Shown here: positions 16,844 to 33,019 of the stretch, piece by piece | Layout of the letters: every line of letters begins with the position of its first letter | How positions within the stretch are numbered: position 1 is the stretch's first letter | Assembly: GCF_009914755.1 (NCBI RefSeq) | Contig: NC_060934.1 | Length of the DNA: 64,000 nt | DNA from: the human T2T-CHM13v2.0 reference genome, Homo sapiens | Strand: one strand, 5' to 3' | Notes under the pieces: model-generated | Seen by the model: the letters and a program-made list of their open reading frames with translations, nothing else | Told to the model about the DNA's origin: nothing | Database searches by the model: none | Program-made: the position numbers and the translations under genes

Positions 16844-17438
16844 CAAGATGGGCTTTTTTGTCACGCTGTAGTACTTTATAATCTTTCTTCTGGAAAGATG
16901 AACAGGATAAGAAACGTGTGAATCATTTGTGTTGGGGAGTTCAAAGAAACTCTTAATGTTAAAGCACCTTGCCTCATCATTTAGTAGTTGGGTAAGACTG
17001 CTATTACCTTTCATCTCTATCAAACATTGTACTTTTAAAAACATAAATAGCTCTGTGACCATCAGCTCATGAGTCAGCAGCCATGATAATCTACAACTGG
17101 CTAAGGTTAATTTAGTAGCAGAAACTAGGCAAAACATCAGGCAGCAGTTCCCAAGGTCCAAGAAACTCACCAAATGAATTCCCTTTGGCTCATGGAATAT
17201 GGTGAGGTGTTTTGGGGAACAGTGGCATGGAGGTAGCCTCATTAACCAGTTAGTCTCAGGAACTACTATTTTATTAGGCTTTTCTTTTGTCTTAAAAGGA
17301 ATAAGTACACATGGCTAATTTTTTTTTCAGTACAGAAAAATGAACAAAATAAAAATTACAGGCACCTTTTTCAATATTTGTCTTCATCCCACTCCCCCAA
17401 ATTAGTCACTCTTTAATAGTTTGGTATGTATACTTCTA

Positions 17439-17838
<400 letters not shown>

Positions 17839-18219
17839 TTAACCAACTGTTACCTGTTTTTTTCTCCAGCTTTATTAAGGTATAATATTAAGGTATTAAA
17901 GTATAATATATACTTTTTGACAAAAAAAGTATATATTTATAGTTTACAATGTGATGTTTTGATACAGGTATACATTGTGAAATGATTAAATCTAGCAAAT
18001 TAATATATTCATCACCTCACATTTTTTGTGTGTGTTGAGAATATTTAATATCTACTTTCTTAGTAATTTCCAAGTATATAATATATTATGAACTATAGTT
18101 ACCATACAACACAATAGATATCCAGAATTTATTCATCCTAACTGAAACTTTGTACACTTTGACTAGTATCACCTCCAATTCCTCCTTGCTTTTTTTGTTT
18201 ACTTAATAATGTGTTCTAA

Positions 18220-18630
<411 letters not shown>

Positions 18631-19757
18631 TAACGTTCTTGTACATATCCTTTCCTTCCTAGGGTAAATTCCTAAACATGGAATTGCTGAGGAAAAAGAG
18701 AGGCTTATTATTTGACACTTTAATAGATATTTCCAAATCAACCTGTAAAAATATCATACCAGTTTACATTCTGAGTGGTGTATGAGCCAGAAATAATGAC
18801 TTTAAATACATTTTTTATAGTATATCACACTAGTTTTGGGGTTATTAAAGTAGGAATAATACTTTTAATAATCTCCTAGAGTGCTTTGCAACCCACATAT
18901 TGCATACTGCCTTCTGTGAAAGCTGGCTATATATTTGTTTTCTCTCTCCTGCTAGAGTTCCTTGAGGGCAGGGATTTTCATCTTTTACATTTTTGTGTTC
19001 TTTAAGGGACCCTGAATAAAGTCAGTACTCAATAAATACTTTGTTGAATGTCATTTGCTAAATATATTTTACCCATGGCTAGGACATAGATTGTAGCCAA
19101 AACTGTCCAAGAATTCATCATCAGTGATTCATAATTATGCAACCAAGAAGTAGGACTAAATTTTAGATGTTCCTCGGTCATTTAGTGTCAAAGCTGGCTT
19201 TCCTCAGACACAGTGAAAAGGGTGGTTGGTTATTTAACTGTAATGAATTCTTGACTTTTTTTACTGCCAATGTGAGAGGTACTTTTCATGGGGAATAAAA
19301 TACTGATATACAATTTAAAGGGACCATCTTGGCCAGAATGGATTATTTAGTTACAGATTTTTTTTCTTTCCCAATGAGCAACAAAAAAATAGAAAATATC
19401 TTGGATCCATGTGAATTTGCATAGCTGCCTTCTGAAAAAATTTCCTAATGTTGTGACTTTATATATTCTTATCTACAGGATTCCTTCTACTTCATTCTTA
19501 CTCTAAGTGGGTAGAACAGGTTTCAGTTTTCTAGATCATGAAAGAAGTACTGAAATGTTGAGATCCCATAGCTACTTAGGGGTAGAAATGCAATTTAGAA
19601 ACAAGATCACCTGACTCCTATTGAGTTTGTCTTTCCTTAATATTACAGAGTGATCCCATTCTGGCTTAAAGTATAACCCTCTTGGCAATTCATTACTTTA
19701 AATTTCATATTATGACTTTTTTTAAAACTCCTTTTTTTTTTTTTTAAGGACCTGACA

Positions 19758-19840
19758 ATGTCCCTGTATTGTGGAATAGCTTGCAGGAGAAAATTTTTTT
19801 GGTGCTATAGGCTGCTGTCAACCTATGTTACTAAGACACG
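19758..19840 (+). CDS. NUDT13: NUDT13 coding exon (exon 2, from ATG): MSLYCGIACRRKFFWCYRLLSTYVTKTR, mitochondrial-presequence-like
   Basis: Acceptor T14-AAG before 19749; ATG at 19758; donor CG|GTGAGT. Basic N-terminus with no acidic residues. Confidence 0.92.
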
Positions 19841-19893
19841 GTGAGTTTTAGCCAACCTGAGCTTTGATTATTCTGTTTGGCCCATTAAACTAT

Positions 19894-20560
19894 TGTGATA
19901 TTATGATTTTATATATATATTTAGGTTTATGATTATTATATATACATTATATATTACTATATTTGTGTGTGTGTATATGTGTGTGTGTGTATATATATAT
20001 ATTCATATATATATATATTCATCCATGGTTTCTGGCTCATAACTCCTATGGCCCTTATTACAGTCTTTTGTTATAATGTGGGGCACTTTAGACCTCAGGG
20101 GCAGGCCTCAGGAAACAAAATCTCTTTTACCTTCTCCTGTCCTCCTTTTACCTGCCCATGGCAGGACTCTAATCTGATTGCGGGTCCAAAGACCCTCATT
20201 CCAGAGAGGGTTGTGCCCCATACTCCGGAGGAAGGAAGGCTGCACAGAGAGGCCAAGGAGAACCTGAACAGACAGGCATTGCTGGGTTTCCGGTCAGTCT
20301 ATTATTATGAAATCATAACCATTTTGTCCAATCAGATTTCTACATGGTTGTCAATCATGCCTATGTAATGAAGCCACCATAAAAACCCAAAAGGACAGGG
20401 TTCAGAGAGCCTCTGGATAGCTGAACACATGGAAGTTCCTGGAGGGTGGTGCACCCAGGGAGTCATGGAAGCTCTGCACCCTCCCCCCACATACCTGACC
20501 TAAATGCATCTCTTCATTTGTATCCTTCGTAATATCCTATATAATAAACCAGTAAACATC
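19894..20560 (+). mobile_element. MER21-like LTR, with an internal AT/TG-rich low-complexity stretch
   Basis: tgtgatatt start; cataaaaacccaaaaggacagggttcagagagc...gttcctggagggtgg...aataaaccagtaaac are typical of MER21. Confidence 0.7.
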
Positions 20561-21393
20561 AAAAAATATATATTTTTACTTTTTTAGAGATGGAGTCTCA
20601 CTCTGTCACTCAGGCTGAAGTGCAGTGGTACAATCTTGGCTCACTGAAGCCTTGATCTCCTGGGGTCAAGCGATCCTCCCACCTCAAACCCCCAAGTAGC
20701 TGGGACTACAGGCATATGCCACCATGCCTGGCTAATTTTTATATTTTTGTGTAGAGACAGGGTTTTGCCATGTTGTCCATGCTGGTCTGAACTGAGCTCT
20801 GGCAATCCACCTGCCTTGACCTCCCAAAGTGTTGGGATTACAGGCGTAAGTCACCAAACCTGGCCGAAAAATTTTAAACAAACTAAATATCCAATAATAT
20901 CTAAAATATCTCACACACTTGAATATAAGTTCTATTAAGATCAGACTTTGTCTTTCCACTGTGGTACCCCTACTTCATAAAACAGTGCCTGGCACATGGT
21001 AGGCACTAAAGTACTGTTGAATGAATGAACAGTAAGGGAGAAATTAAGTAAATTAAGGTACTATAATAGAATAATAAACATGTTAAAATTATATTGTTCT
21101 ATTCCTGTCACTTCAGATGAAAAAAACTGTATTGAATAATATTTCATGAAGTTTCCTATAAATAAAGTAGATAACCCCACCCCCTTCCCCCAAGAACTAA
21201 ACTTCAGTGAAAGGTAGAGTAGGAAAACAAAATCTACAATAGCACATGAAGATGATAAAGACTTTTTTGTCTTAGCCTAGGGAAATTAGAAATCTGTGAA
21301 TTTGAAATCACTAGCCTGCTTTCATACAGTTTTGGGGGTTAAATTTATACCATCTATGTGGTGTGGTTCTAGAACCCTTAACCTAAGAAATAA

Positions 21394-21707
<314 letters not shown>

Positions 21708-22236
21708 TGAATTTAAGTAGTAATCTTGGACTGAAAATACCCCTGGGGCACCATGTGAATACAAATATAAAACTCCTTAGGAAGTACACACTCACAACCA
21801 GTGATTCCAATATATAAAGCCCTATCAAGCTCCAAAATTTAGAGGCATATAAAGGCTGGGTGCAGTGGCTCATGCCTGTAATCCCAGCACTTTGGGAAGC
21901 CAAGGCGGGCAGATCACTCGAGGTCAGGAGTTCGAGACCAGCTTGGCCGGCATGGTGAAGCCGTCTCTACTAAAAATACAAAAATTAGCCAGGAATGGTG
22001 GCGTGCACCTGTAGTCACAGCTACTCAGGAGGCTGAGGTGGGAGAGTCGCTTGAACCTGGGAGGTGGAAGTTGCAATAAGCCGAGATCGTGTCATTGCAC
22101 TCTAGCCTGCATGATAGAGTGAGACCCTGTCTCAAAGAAAAAAAATTAGAAGCACATAAGCATATAATCCTACATGAACAAGAGTGAACAAACAACAAAA
22201 TTGTGATACTTGTTTCAGATATTGTTGGACATTTAG

Positions 22237-22401
<165 letters not shown>

Positions 22402-22671
22402 TGAGTAGCTGGGACTAAGGCACACGCCACCACGCCCAGCTAATTTTTGTATTTTTAGTTGATATGGGGTTTCACCATGTTGGCCAGGATGGTCTGGATC
22501 TCTTGACCTTGTGATCCACCCACCTCGACCTCCCAAAGTGCTGGGATTACAGGAGTACGCCACCACGCCTGGCCAAGAATATTAACATAATTATTAAATA
22601 GAGTCTAAAATTTAAGTATGTTAAAGTGATTAAATAAATCTATTTAAGAATGAATAAAAATAATGAGGTCA

Positions 22672-22976
<305 letters not shown>

Positions 22977-24203
22977 CTATCAATAAAGAATATGATGTGA
23001 AAATGTTTACATATGTTTAAGAAAAAAGGCTACAAATTAGTAGGTTTGATGGATTCTAAATATACTTATATATGTATTGATGTATAATAGTAATCGCTTA
23101 GAGAATTCCAAAGTGTAAACAGTGATTATCCCTGAGTGGTGGGATTTTGATGATTTTCTTTTCAAAAAATTGACAATTGTATATTCTGATTATTAAAGAT
23201 TGACTATTTTTTACTGTTAAAATAAGGAAAAAGTTTGTTTTAAAATAATCTAAATATTTTCAACTTTGATAATCATAGCAATTTCTATGCTATTATAACT
23301 GAAAAGGGAAAATACATTTTTAAAAATAAGAGTTCCCAATCCAGAGGAGTGTAAGGAACTTTTGGATCTCAATTCCAGTTCCAGTGAGGCCCTGGGTCTA
23401 AGACCTTAACCTGGGTGTTTTTGTAGGTGTTTTGCTTTTTAGGGTCATTAGGGCAAGTACAGGTTGTACCACTCTTTCTGTTCTTTTACGAAGGCAGCAG
23501 TGTTTGTTCTATTGTTTATATTTGGTAACTTCTGAGTGACACGTCTCTCCTTTGACATGCATTGAGTCTTTGCCCCAGGAGGCTACAGTGACTCATAAGT
23601 TTAAAAATATCACAATTCTTAAAAGATCAGGTTTCTTTTGTCTTCTATTTATAAAGAGCTCATCGTAACCCCTTTTATCACAGTCAAGAGTAGGTTCTGA
23701 AAGATAGCACTGGGGTGCATTTGTCTTTTTGCTTTTTATTTTCATGTTGAGCAAACTCTGCCTACTGGTATTACATGAGTTCTCAGATCCCACAGGAAAT
23801 ATCTGCAAACTATTTTTCCCACTTGACAAAAGAAGCCAGTTTTTACCTGAGCGTCTGTTTTAGGGCTTTTGACAGGCAAAAATGGCTAATCCCAAGGCCC
23901 CAGGGGAGTCTGCATTCTGTCCCTGCTGATCACAAGGATTTGAAGGGAGAGACTCAGCCCACCCTTAATGAAGGTACTGGAAAAGCCTGGTACTTACCCC
24001 ATTACTATTGCCTGTTTTTGAGAAACCAAGAATAGGAGGATGTTCCCTTTTTCCACATTTTCATTTTGGCTACTGAAAATACTATGGCTGGGTGTGGTGG
24101 CACACACCTGTAATCCCAGCACTTTGGGAGGCCGAGGGCAGATCACTTGAGGTCAGGAGTTCGAAACCAGCCTGGCCAACATGATGAAACCCCGTCTCTA
24201 CTA

Positions 24204-24716
<513 letters not shown>

Positions 24717-25409
24717 TGAGCTACCACGCCCGGCCAGGTGCTCCCTTTGCTAGAGATAAGGAGTTAATGGTATCTACTTTGGGATCTAGATGTCTGAAGT
24801 AAGGGTACATTGAAGGTAAAATTTGTTCTTTATCTTCCCTAGATTGAATGAGGGTCACTGAAGATACAGTGTTTACTCTTTGTCTGCTGTGAAAAAGTCT
24901 GTTCCCATCTCTAGGTATTTTGTGGTTGATGTTTTATCACTGTACTTGTTTTCCTTTCACTCCACTGCATGTAAATTCTTGCCTCACAGTGTAATATTGG
25001 CAGAGTAACTTGAAGTTCAATTCAGTAAATATTTATTACCCTTGAAGTTCAATTCAATAAATATTTATTGAATCGAGCCATTCAATATGCTAACTACAGA
25101 GATACAGAGCTGAGTAAAGCATACCTTCCCCTTAAGGAGATCATAGTCTCTCAGAGGAGACAGACAAATGAACAAATAAACCAATAGTGCAACCACAGAA
25201 GTATGGGTGAGGTACACAGTAAGACAAAGGAGGGAATGAATGATTATCTATAGCCACCTCAAACCCTTTTTGGAGCAAATTAGGTTGTAAATAAATAAAG
25301 GGAAATAACCATGGTAAGAGAGGGATGCAGCGACAGCATTCTCAAAGATGAATGCTATACAGGTAACTAAGGGTGGTTTTGTAATGGTTTGATTATTTCC
25401 CAAATACAG

Positions 25410-25549
25410 GTATTTATTTGAACTGAAGGAAGATGATGATGCATGTAAAAAAGCCCAGCAAACAGGAGCGTTTTACCTCTTTCATAGTCTGGCTCCTCTG
25501 CTTCAGACTTCAGCACATCAATACCTGGCCCCCCGGCACAGCCTGTTAG
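25410..25549 (+). CDS. NUDT13: NUDT13 exon 3 (YLFELKEDDDACKKAQQTGAFYLFHSLAPLLQTSAHQYLAPRHSLL)
   Basis: cag|G acceptor, G|GTAAGT donor; 140 nt; phase consistent. Confidence 0.93.
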
Positions 25550-25779
25550 GTAAGTCCAGAGTGGACCAGTGGCGTTGACCAGCCTGTGGCCACTACGCAG
25601 AATTCAGCCCATAATGAATTCTAAGAAAGATCCTTGAACTTTGGAGTCTAGATTTTTCAGAAAGCTTTTGAGTCTCATGCTTGTATAACTGCTTCTGCCA
25701 ACTAATAATTTATTGTATGAACTCTAGTTGTCCAGTCAAATATTATTTGGTGATGAAATGAACCACTAATGCCTTAAAC

Positions 25780-25985
25780 CAGGGGTTGGTAAAACTGCTG
25801 TCCAAATTGTATCTGCTACCTGTTTTGTAAATTAATTTTTATTGGAACATAGACGTACTCATTCATTGACATATTGTCTATGGCTACTTTTGCACTACAA
25901 TGCAGAGTTGTGACAGAGACTGTATGACTCACAAAGCCTAAAATATTTAGTATCTCTTTCCAGAAAAAGTTTGCCATTCTTTGCC
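25780..25985. mobile_element. MER58-like hAT-Charlie DNA transposon
   Basis: caggggttggtaaaact...ttttattggaacatag...aagcctaaaatattta...aaaaagtttgcc. Confidence 0.7.
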
Positions 25986-26048
25986 TTAGAGCAGTGAATT
26001 CCAGCCTCCACAGAGGTACACAGTTATGCTAATTCAGAGTTCCATCAT

Positions 26049-26359
<311 letters not shown>

Positions 26360-27566
26360 TCATTTTTACTAGAAGGGTCAAGATTAAAAGTGAATTAAAA
26401 TGAATTTGCTTTTAGAACCCTTTTAGCATATTTAACTAAAGATATCTAAGCCATTGGGGTTTGTCATTCAAAATGCAAACTTTGGCTGGGTTGGGTGGCT
26501 CATGCCTGTAATCCCAGCACTTTGGGAGGCTGAGGTGGGTGGATTGCTTGAGCCCAGGAGTTCAAAACCAGCCTGGGCAACATAGTGAGACCCCGTCTCT
26601 ACCCAAGAACAAAAAATTAGTCGAGCCTTGTGGTGTCTCAAAGACAGAAAACAAAATGTGAACTTTCAGTTTTATATGAGTCACTATATACTAACTTCCG
26701 TATTGCCAGTGAATTTCTCCCATAGGTCAGAAGTTGGAGTACTTGGATAAGTAGTTTCTAGCACTGCAGAAGAATCTGAGGACTCCATCAGAAGGCACTA
26801 AACATTATTTAGAGATTTAGCAATGTTTATGTTGTATTACGGTTTTTGTGTGTGTTATGTTGTATTATGAACAAATAAATATGAGTCCTTCATGAACAAG
26901 TGTATAGGATTTCTCCCTACACATCACTCATCTCTTAGAGATTGGCATCTCAGATGAGTATTTTACTCTCGTCCACAAAAGTAGCACATTCTGGAGGTTA
27001 ATTATAGAACTGGATTGGTCTTTACCTGCAGCCTTGAACTCCTTGGCTCAAGAGATCCTCCCATCTCTGCCTCCCAAGTTTTTGGGACTACAGGTGTGCA
27101 CTTCACTGCACCCAGCTGATTTTATTTTTTGTAGAGACAGGGTCTTTGCTGTGTTGCCCAGGCTGGTCCCAAACTCCTGGCCTCAAGTGATCCTCCCTGC
27201 CCCCCAGCCTTGGTCTGTACCATTTTAAGTGTGATACTTATTTTTTTTTCAATGACTTAATAAGTTAACTATCATGCATCTTACTAACTAGGGGATATTT
27301 TCCTTTCATGATACAGTCATAGAGTAATACAATGTTATACAAGAATTCCTTCTTTGGTCTAAAGTCCTCAGACTGCTAATGAGAAAACAGGCCTGGAGAG
27401 GTTAAATGGTTAGACCAAGGTTACATAGCTAATTAGCTGCAGTTGGAAGCCAAGTATACCCACTTTAAGCTGAAGTAGATGATTTTCTGTGAGTCTAATA
27501 TGGCTGTAGTGATTTAATAGAAACCCTTGTGTTTTGCTTTTCTCCCTTCCCCTTTCTGTTTCTTAG

Positions 27567-27701
27567 AGTTGGAAAGGCTCCTGGGTAAATTTGGACAGGA
27601 TGCACAAAGAATAGAAGATTCTGTGCTGATTGGATGCTCTGAGCAGCAGGAAGCATGGTTTGCTCTGGATCTAGGTCTGGATAGCTCCTTTTCCATAAGT
27701 G
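27567..27701 (+). CDS. NUDT13: NUDT13 exon 4 (ELERLLGKFGQDAQRIEDSVLIGCSEQQEAWFALDLGLDSSFSIS)
   Basis: Long pyrimidine tract with tag acceptor; weak donor G|GTACAT; 135 nt; phase consistent. Confidence 0.9.
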
Positions 27702-27985
27702 GTACATGACATTATTCCTAACGGGTACTTCCCAGTGGTCTTCAGAATTTGGGATTTCACATAATGGTAAAATTTAAAGGAAAATTTGGGGAATACAAAA
27801 GGTTATCAACTTTCTATTTTTTAAAAAAGGACATTAAAAAGTGTCATCTGCTATCATCATCATTTAAATGACAATAAAGGACATTTTAATGCCTTCTAAG
27901 TTAGGTGATGGGTACATGAATATTTATGGTATTAGTCTCTGTACCATTATACATTTTATTTATTTATTTTATCTTATTTTATTGA

Positions 27986-28087
<102 letters not shown>

Positions 28088-28157
28088 TGAGTAGCTGGGA
28101 CCATGGGCATGTACTACCATGCCCAGCTAATTTTTAATTTTTTTTTTTTTTTAATAG

Positions 28158-28648
<491 letters not shown>

Positions 28649-29605
28649 TAATTTCTTTTTTGAATACAGGTGAATAAAAATGTTTCCATATAGCTCTGGG
28701 TCCACAGACCTGCCATTGGGAACCACTTTGCTATTGGCTCATGGCTCCTGTCAGGCTTTCCTTCTGTCTTTAATGGTCTAGGTGTAAATGTAGTGATGCT
28801 GGGATGAGGTTCACATAGGAGCCATGAGGTCCCACTTCATCTCTTTTCCACGGATAAGCTAATGCAAATGTTCTTGCCCCGAAGAAGATCTTGAGAAATA
28901 CTATGTGCTAATGTTTCCCAAACTGGCCTGAATGTAAGAATCACCTGGTGCTTGTTAAAACAAAAATAGAGATTGCTGGGCCTCACTCCATGCCAGCTGC
29001 TTTAGAATCTCCAGGTAGGGGCTTGAGAATCTTGCTTTTTAAAAAAATTTTATGTATATATTTATTTATTTTGAGATGGAGTTTTGCTGTCACCCAGGCT
29101 GGAGTGCAATGGTGCGATCGGTTCACTGCAACCTCTGCCTCCTGGGTTCAGGCGATTCTCCTGCCTCAGCCTCCTGAGTAGCTGGGATTACAGGCGCCCA
29201 CCACCAAGCCCAGCTAATTTTTGTGTTTTTAATACAGACAGGGTTTCACCATGTTGGCCAGGCTGGTCTCGAACTCCTGACCTCAAGTGATTCACCCGCC
29301 TCGGCCTCCCAAAGTGCCGTACCTGGCCTTTTTTAAATTTTAGAGATGGGGTCTCACTGGAGTGCAGTGGCTATTCACAGGTAAGATCATAGCGCACTGT
29401 ATGTAGCCTGGAACTCCTAATGGCCTCAAGCCATCCTCCTGCCTCAGTCTCCTGAGTAGCTGGGACTACAGGCACACGCCCCCCACACCTAGCTGAATCT
29501 TACGAGGCAAGTTTGGGAAACACTATTTTAACAGGATAGACTGGAGAGAGGCCCTGAGGCAAAGTTTGTCATTGTTTAATTTCATTATCTTTTCTAATTT
29601 TCTAG

Positions 29606-29712
29606 CCTCCTTACACAAACCTGAAATGGAGACAGAGCTCAAGGGGTCTTTCATTGAGCTGAGAAAGGCACTCTTTCAACTCAATGCAAGGGATGCCTCC
29701 TTGCTGTCCACG
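29606..29712 (+). CDS. NUDT13: NUDT13 exon 5 (ASLHKPEMETELKGSFIELRKALFQLNARDASLLST)
   Basis: tctag acceptor, ACG|GTAGAT donor; 107 nt. Confidence 0.9.
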
Positions 29713-30509
29713 GTAGATTCTGATTTCTCATTCTGTAGGAAATTTAGTAGAGCAGTAAGTGTGGGCAAATCCATGTGTACACACAAGGCTAGAGTGACGT
29801 TTGATTTCTTCTTTTGCAGATTATAGTCCTTTCTACAAACACTGGCAGGACAATGTGCTGTAGGGAGATTGCTTATTCTTCCTTCTTCTGCCCTTGTTTT
29901 TGGCAGAACCACTGTCAAGATCATTGTCTCCTAAAGACATGCAGATCTATGGCAATAGGATCTGTCAGCCTCATAAACATTTTTAATGACCCACATAGCA
30001 TGACATATACAGTATCATGTTTTCCCTAAGAGAAATTACTTTACATTGCTTTAATGACTTGCCCTCACAGCTTTAGATTTCACTTGCTAAAGTATTTTGA
30101 TTGTGCATTTAATTTAAAAAGAAACCTCTAAACATTTTTTTAGTTGCAAAAAATTCCAACTTTACCAGGGAGAAGAACATTTTGGGGTGTTCAACTGTAC
30201 TGGGAATGTTTTATTTTTAAGCTGGTTAGTGAATACATGGGTGTTCATTTTATTACCTCATATACTTCATATGTTTTAAATAATAATACATTTAAAAATA
30301 TGCTTTCTTTTATTCAGATTTCTGATGCTAGAGGAATATGTTCAGTTAGTTTACTTGTCCTGAAATTTAAACAGTAACCATTTAAATTACGTGAGCTGTA
30401 AAGAGATTGGCATTTTTCTGTGAGTTGTTCCAGACACTAGGCCCAGTGCTGTTAAAGATGAGCCCCGCATTCTCTCCAAATGACACCAGGCCCATCATTG
30501 TGTTCCTAG

Positions 30510-30635
30510 GCTCAAGCTCTTCTCCGCTGGCATGATGCTCATCAGTTCTGCAGCAGAAGTGGGCAGCCCACCAAGAAGAACGTGGCTGGCAGCAAGCGTG
30601 TGTGCCCTTCCAATAATATAATCTATTATCCACAG
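30510..30635 (+). CDS. NUDT13: NUDT13 exon 6 (AQALLRWHDAHQFCSRSGQPTKKNVAGSKRVCPSNNIIYYPQ), degenerate NudC zinc-ribbon region
   Basis: ctag acceptor, CAG|GTAATT donor; 126 nt; W-H...FC..G...YP pattern of the NudC family. Confidence 0.94.
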
Positions 30636-30789
30636 GTAATTATTGCTGTAAGAGGACAGTAATCCAAGAAGACTGTGCGCTGCTTTGTCCTGGGGAAGGA
30701 AGCCTGTGCAATTCCTTAATTATACACTGCTTTAGCTCATTGGCAGGGCCCAAAGTGCCAGCATCTCAGTTTCCATTCCCCTTTCCTAG

Positions 30790-30901
30790 ATGGCTCCTGT
30801 GGCGATCACGCTGGTGTCAGATGGGACCCGATGCCTGCTTGCCCGCCAAAGCTCCTTTCCCAAGGGAATGTATTCTGCCTTGGCAGGTTTTTGTGATATA
30901 G
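30790..30901 (+). CDS. NUDT13: NUDT13 exon 7 (MAPVAITLVSDGTRCLLARQSSFPKGMYSALAGFCDI)
   Basis: ctag acceptor, G|GTGAGG donor; 112 nt; start of the Nudix box. Confidence 0.95.
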
Positions 30902-31038
30902 GTGAGGAGTTTAGGGGATATACAGGTGACACTGGAAGATATACAATCTTACTAATACAATCTTCTCTGTCTTGTTGCTATAGAGCTTGAATTCCCAAGC
31001 ACATTCTTTTCTATCATGTCAAGAAAACTGCTTTCTGG

Positions 31039-31208
<170 letters not shown>

Positions 31209-31471
31209 TAGGACTACAGGCACAGGCTACCATGCCCGGCTAATTTTTAAAATTTTTTGTAGAGACAGGGTCTCGCCGTGTTGCCTAGGCCAGTCCTGAA
31301 CTCCTGGCTTCAAGTGACCTACCTGCCTTGACCTCCCAAAGTGTTGGGATTACAGGTGTGAGCCACACTATTTTTTTAAGCAAATTTTCAAACATAGGAG
31401 ATTGTTGAAAGAATTATACAGTGAACACCCATACACCCACTACCCAGATTCTATAATTTTTTTTCCTCTTC

Positions 31472-31599
31472 ACATGTAGGCATTTGTTTGTAGGGAGGCC
31501 ACAAGCTTTGTGCCTCTCATCACATTGACCCCAGATTCCTGTTGGGTGTGTTATAAACAGAGGAGCCATTCTTTAGGCCCCCTGCTCTGAGCACACCCC
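31472..31599 (-). ncRNA. SNORA11F: H/ACA snoRNA SNORA11 (U107) family copy, probably the SNORA11F retrocopy
   Basis: Minus strand GGGGTGTGCTCAGAGCAGGGGGCCTAAAGAATGGCTCC...; H box ACAGGA at 31542-31537; ACA box 3 nt from the 3' end; 128 nt; followed by gaagagg plus A8. Family recognised from memory. Confidence 0.85.
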
Positions 31600-32064
31600 T
31601 AGATTCCATGAATTTTTACTACACTTACTTTATCACAAAGCTGTCCATCTATCCATTAATCTATCTTATTTTTTGATGCATAGATTGAAGATATTAGTAC
31701 ACTTCTTCCTATTTCAGCATGCGTAACATTTGCTAGAATTCAGTATTTATTTACAGGTTGGTTTTTTTCTCTAGTCTATTGGGGTCAAATTTGCAAATGG
31801 TGAAAAGTGGAATTTTATGAAAGCTGAGTGCAGTAGTCCCTCCTACTGTCACACTTACTTTAGACCTAGCAGACTTAAGCACTGTGGTTCAACACACAGC
31901 TCTGGACCTGATTCTTATTGTTGGAATGACTCAGAGTTTTAGGACACTCCCAAGAGCATTTCATTGAAACTTTGGAGCCAGTGTTGTGCACCTTTCTCAA
32001 ATGGGCTGTCTGTATCACCCTTCTAGCCTACAGGGCTGTCCTGAATTAATCTGAGTGCTTGTAG

Positions 32065-32219
32065 GTGAAAGTGTGGAAGAGACCATCCGCCGAGAAGTTG
32101 CAGAAGAGGTGGGATTGGAGGTGGAAAGCCTGCAGTACTATGCATCCCAGCATTGGCCCTTCCCTAGTGGCTCACTCATGATTGCTTGCCATGCAACTGT
32201 GAAACCAGGGCAGACAGAA
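32065..32219 (+). CDS. NUDT13: NUDT13 exon 8 (Nudix box ...GESVEETIRREVAEEVGL and SQHWPFP motif)
   Basis: Completes GX5EX7REUXEEXGU. SQHWPFPS matches the SQPWPFPxS signature of NADH pyrophosphatases. Donor GAA|GTAAGT; 155 nt. Confidence 0.96.
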
Positions 32220-32352
32220 GTAAGTTCTCATCTTCCCTTATACTGTGATATTTCTTTTGCTTCATCCAACCTGCTCATCAGCAAGTACTTATTAAGCACT
32301 TGTCTAGTCCAGCATCATCTAGATTACATAAACATGTGTAAAATATGATTTA

Positions 32353-32550
<198 letters not shown>

Positions 32551-32553
32551 TCA

Positions 32554-32787
<234 letters not shown>

Positions 32788-33019
32788 TTAATTTAATTAA
32801 ATATGATTTATGCCCTCAAGGAATTTGCAACCTAGTAAAGGAAGCAAATAATCTCCATTCTCCCTTGCATATATGTCAATCACGAGACAATTTATTTTAT
32901 TTTATTTTTTTTGAGACGGAGTCTTACTCTGTCGCCCAGCCTGGAGTGCAGTGGCGCGATCTCGGCTCACTGCAACCTCCGCCTCCTGGGTTCAAGTGAT
33001 TCTCCTGCTTCAGCAGAGA

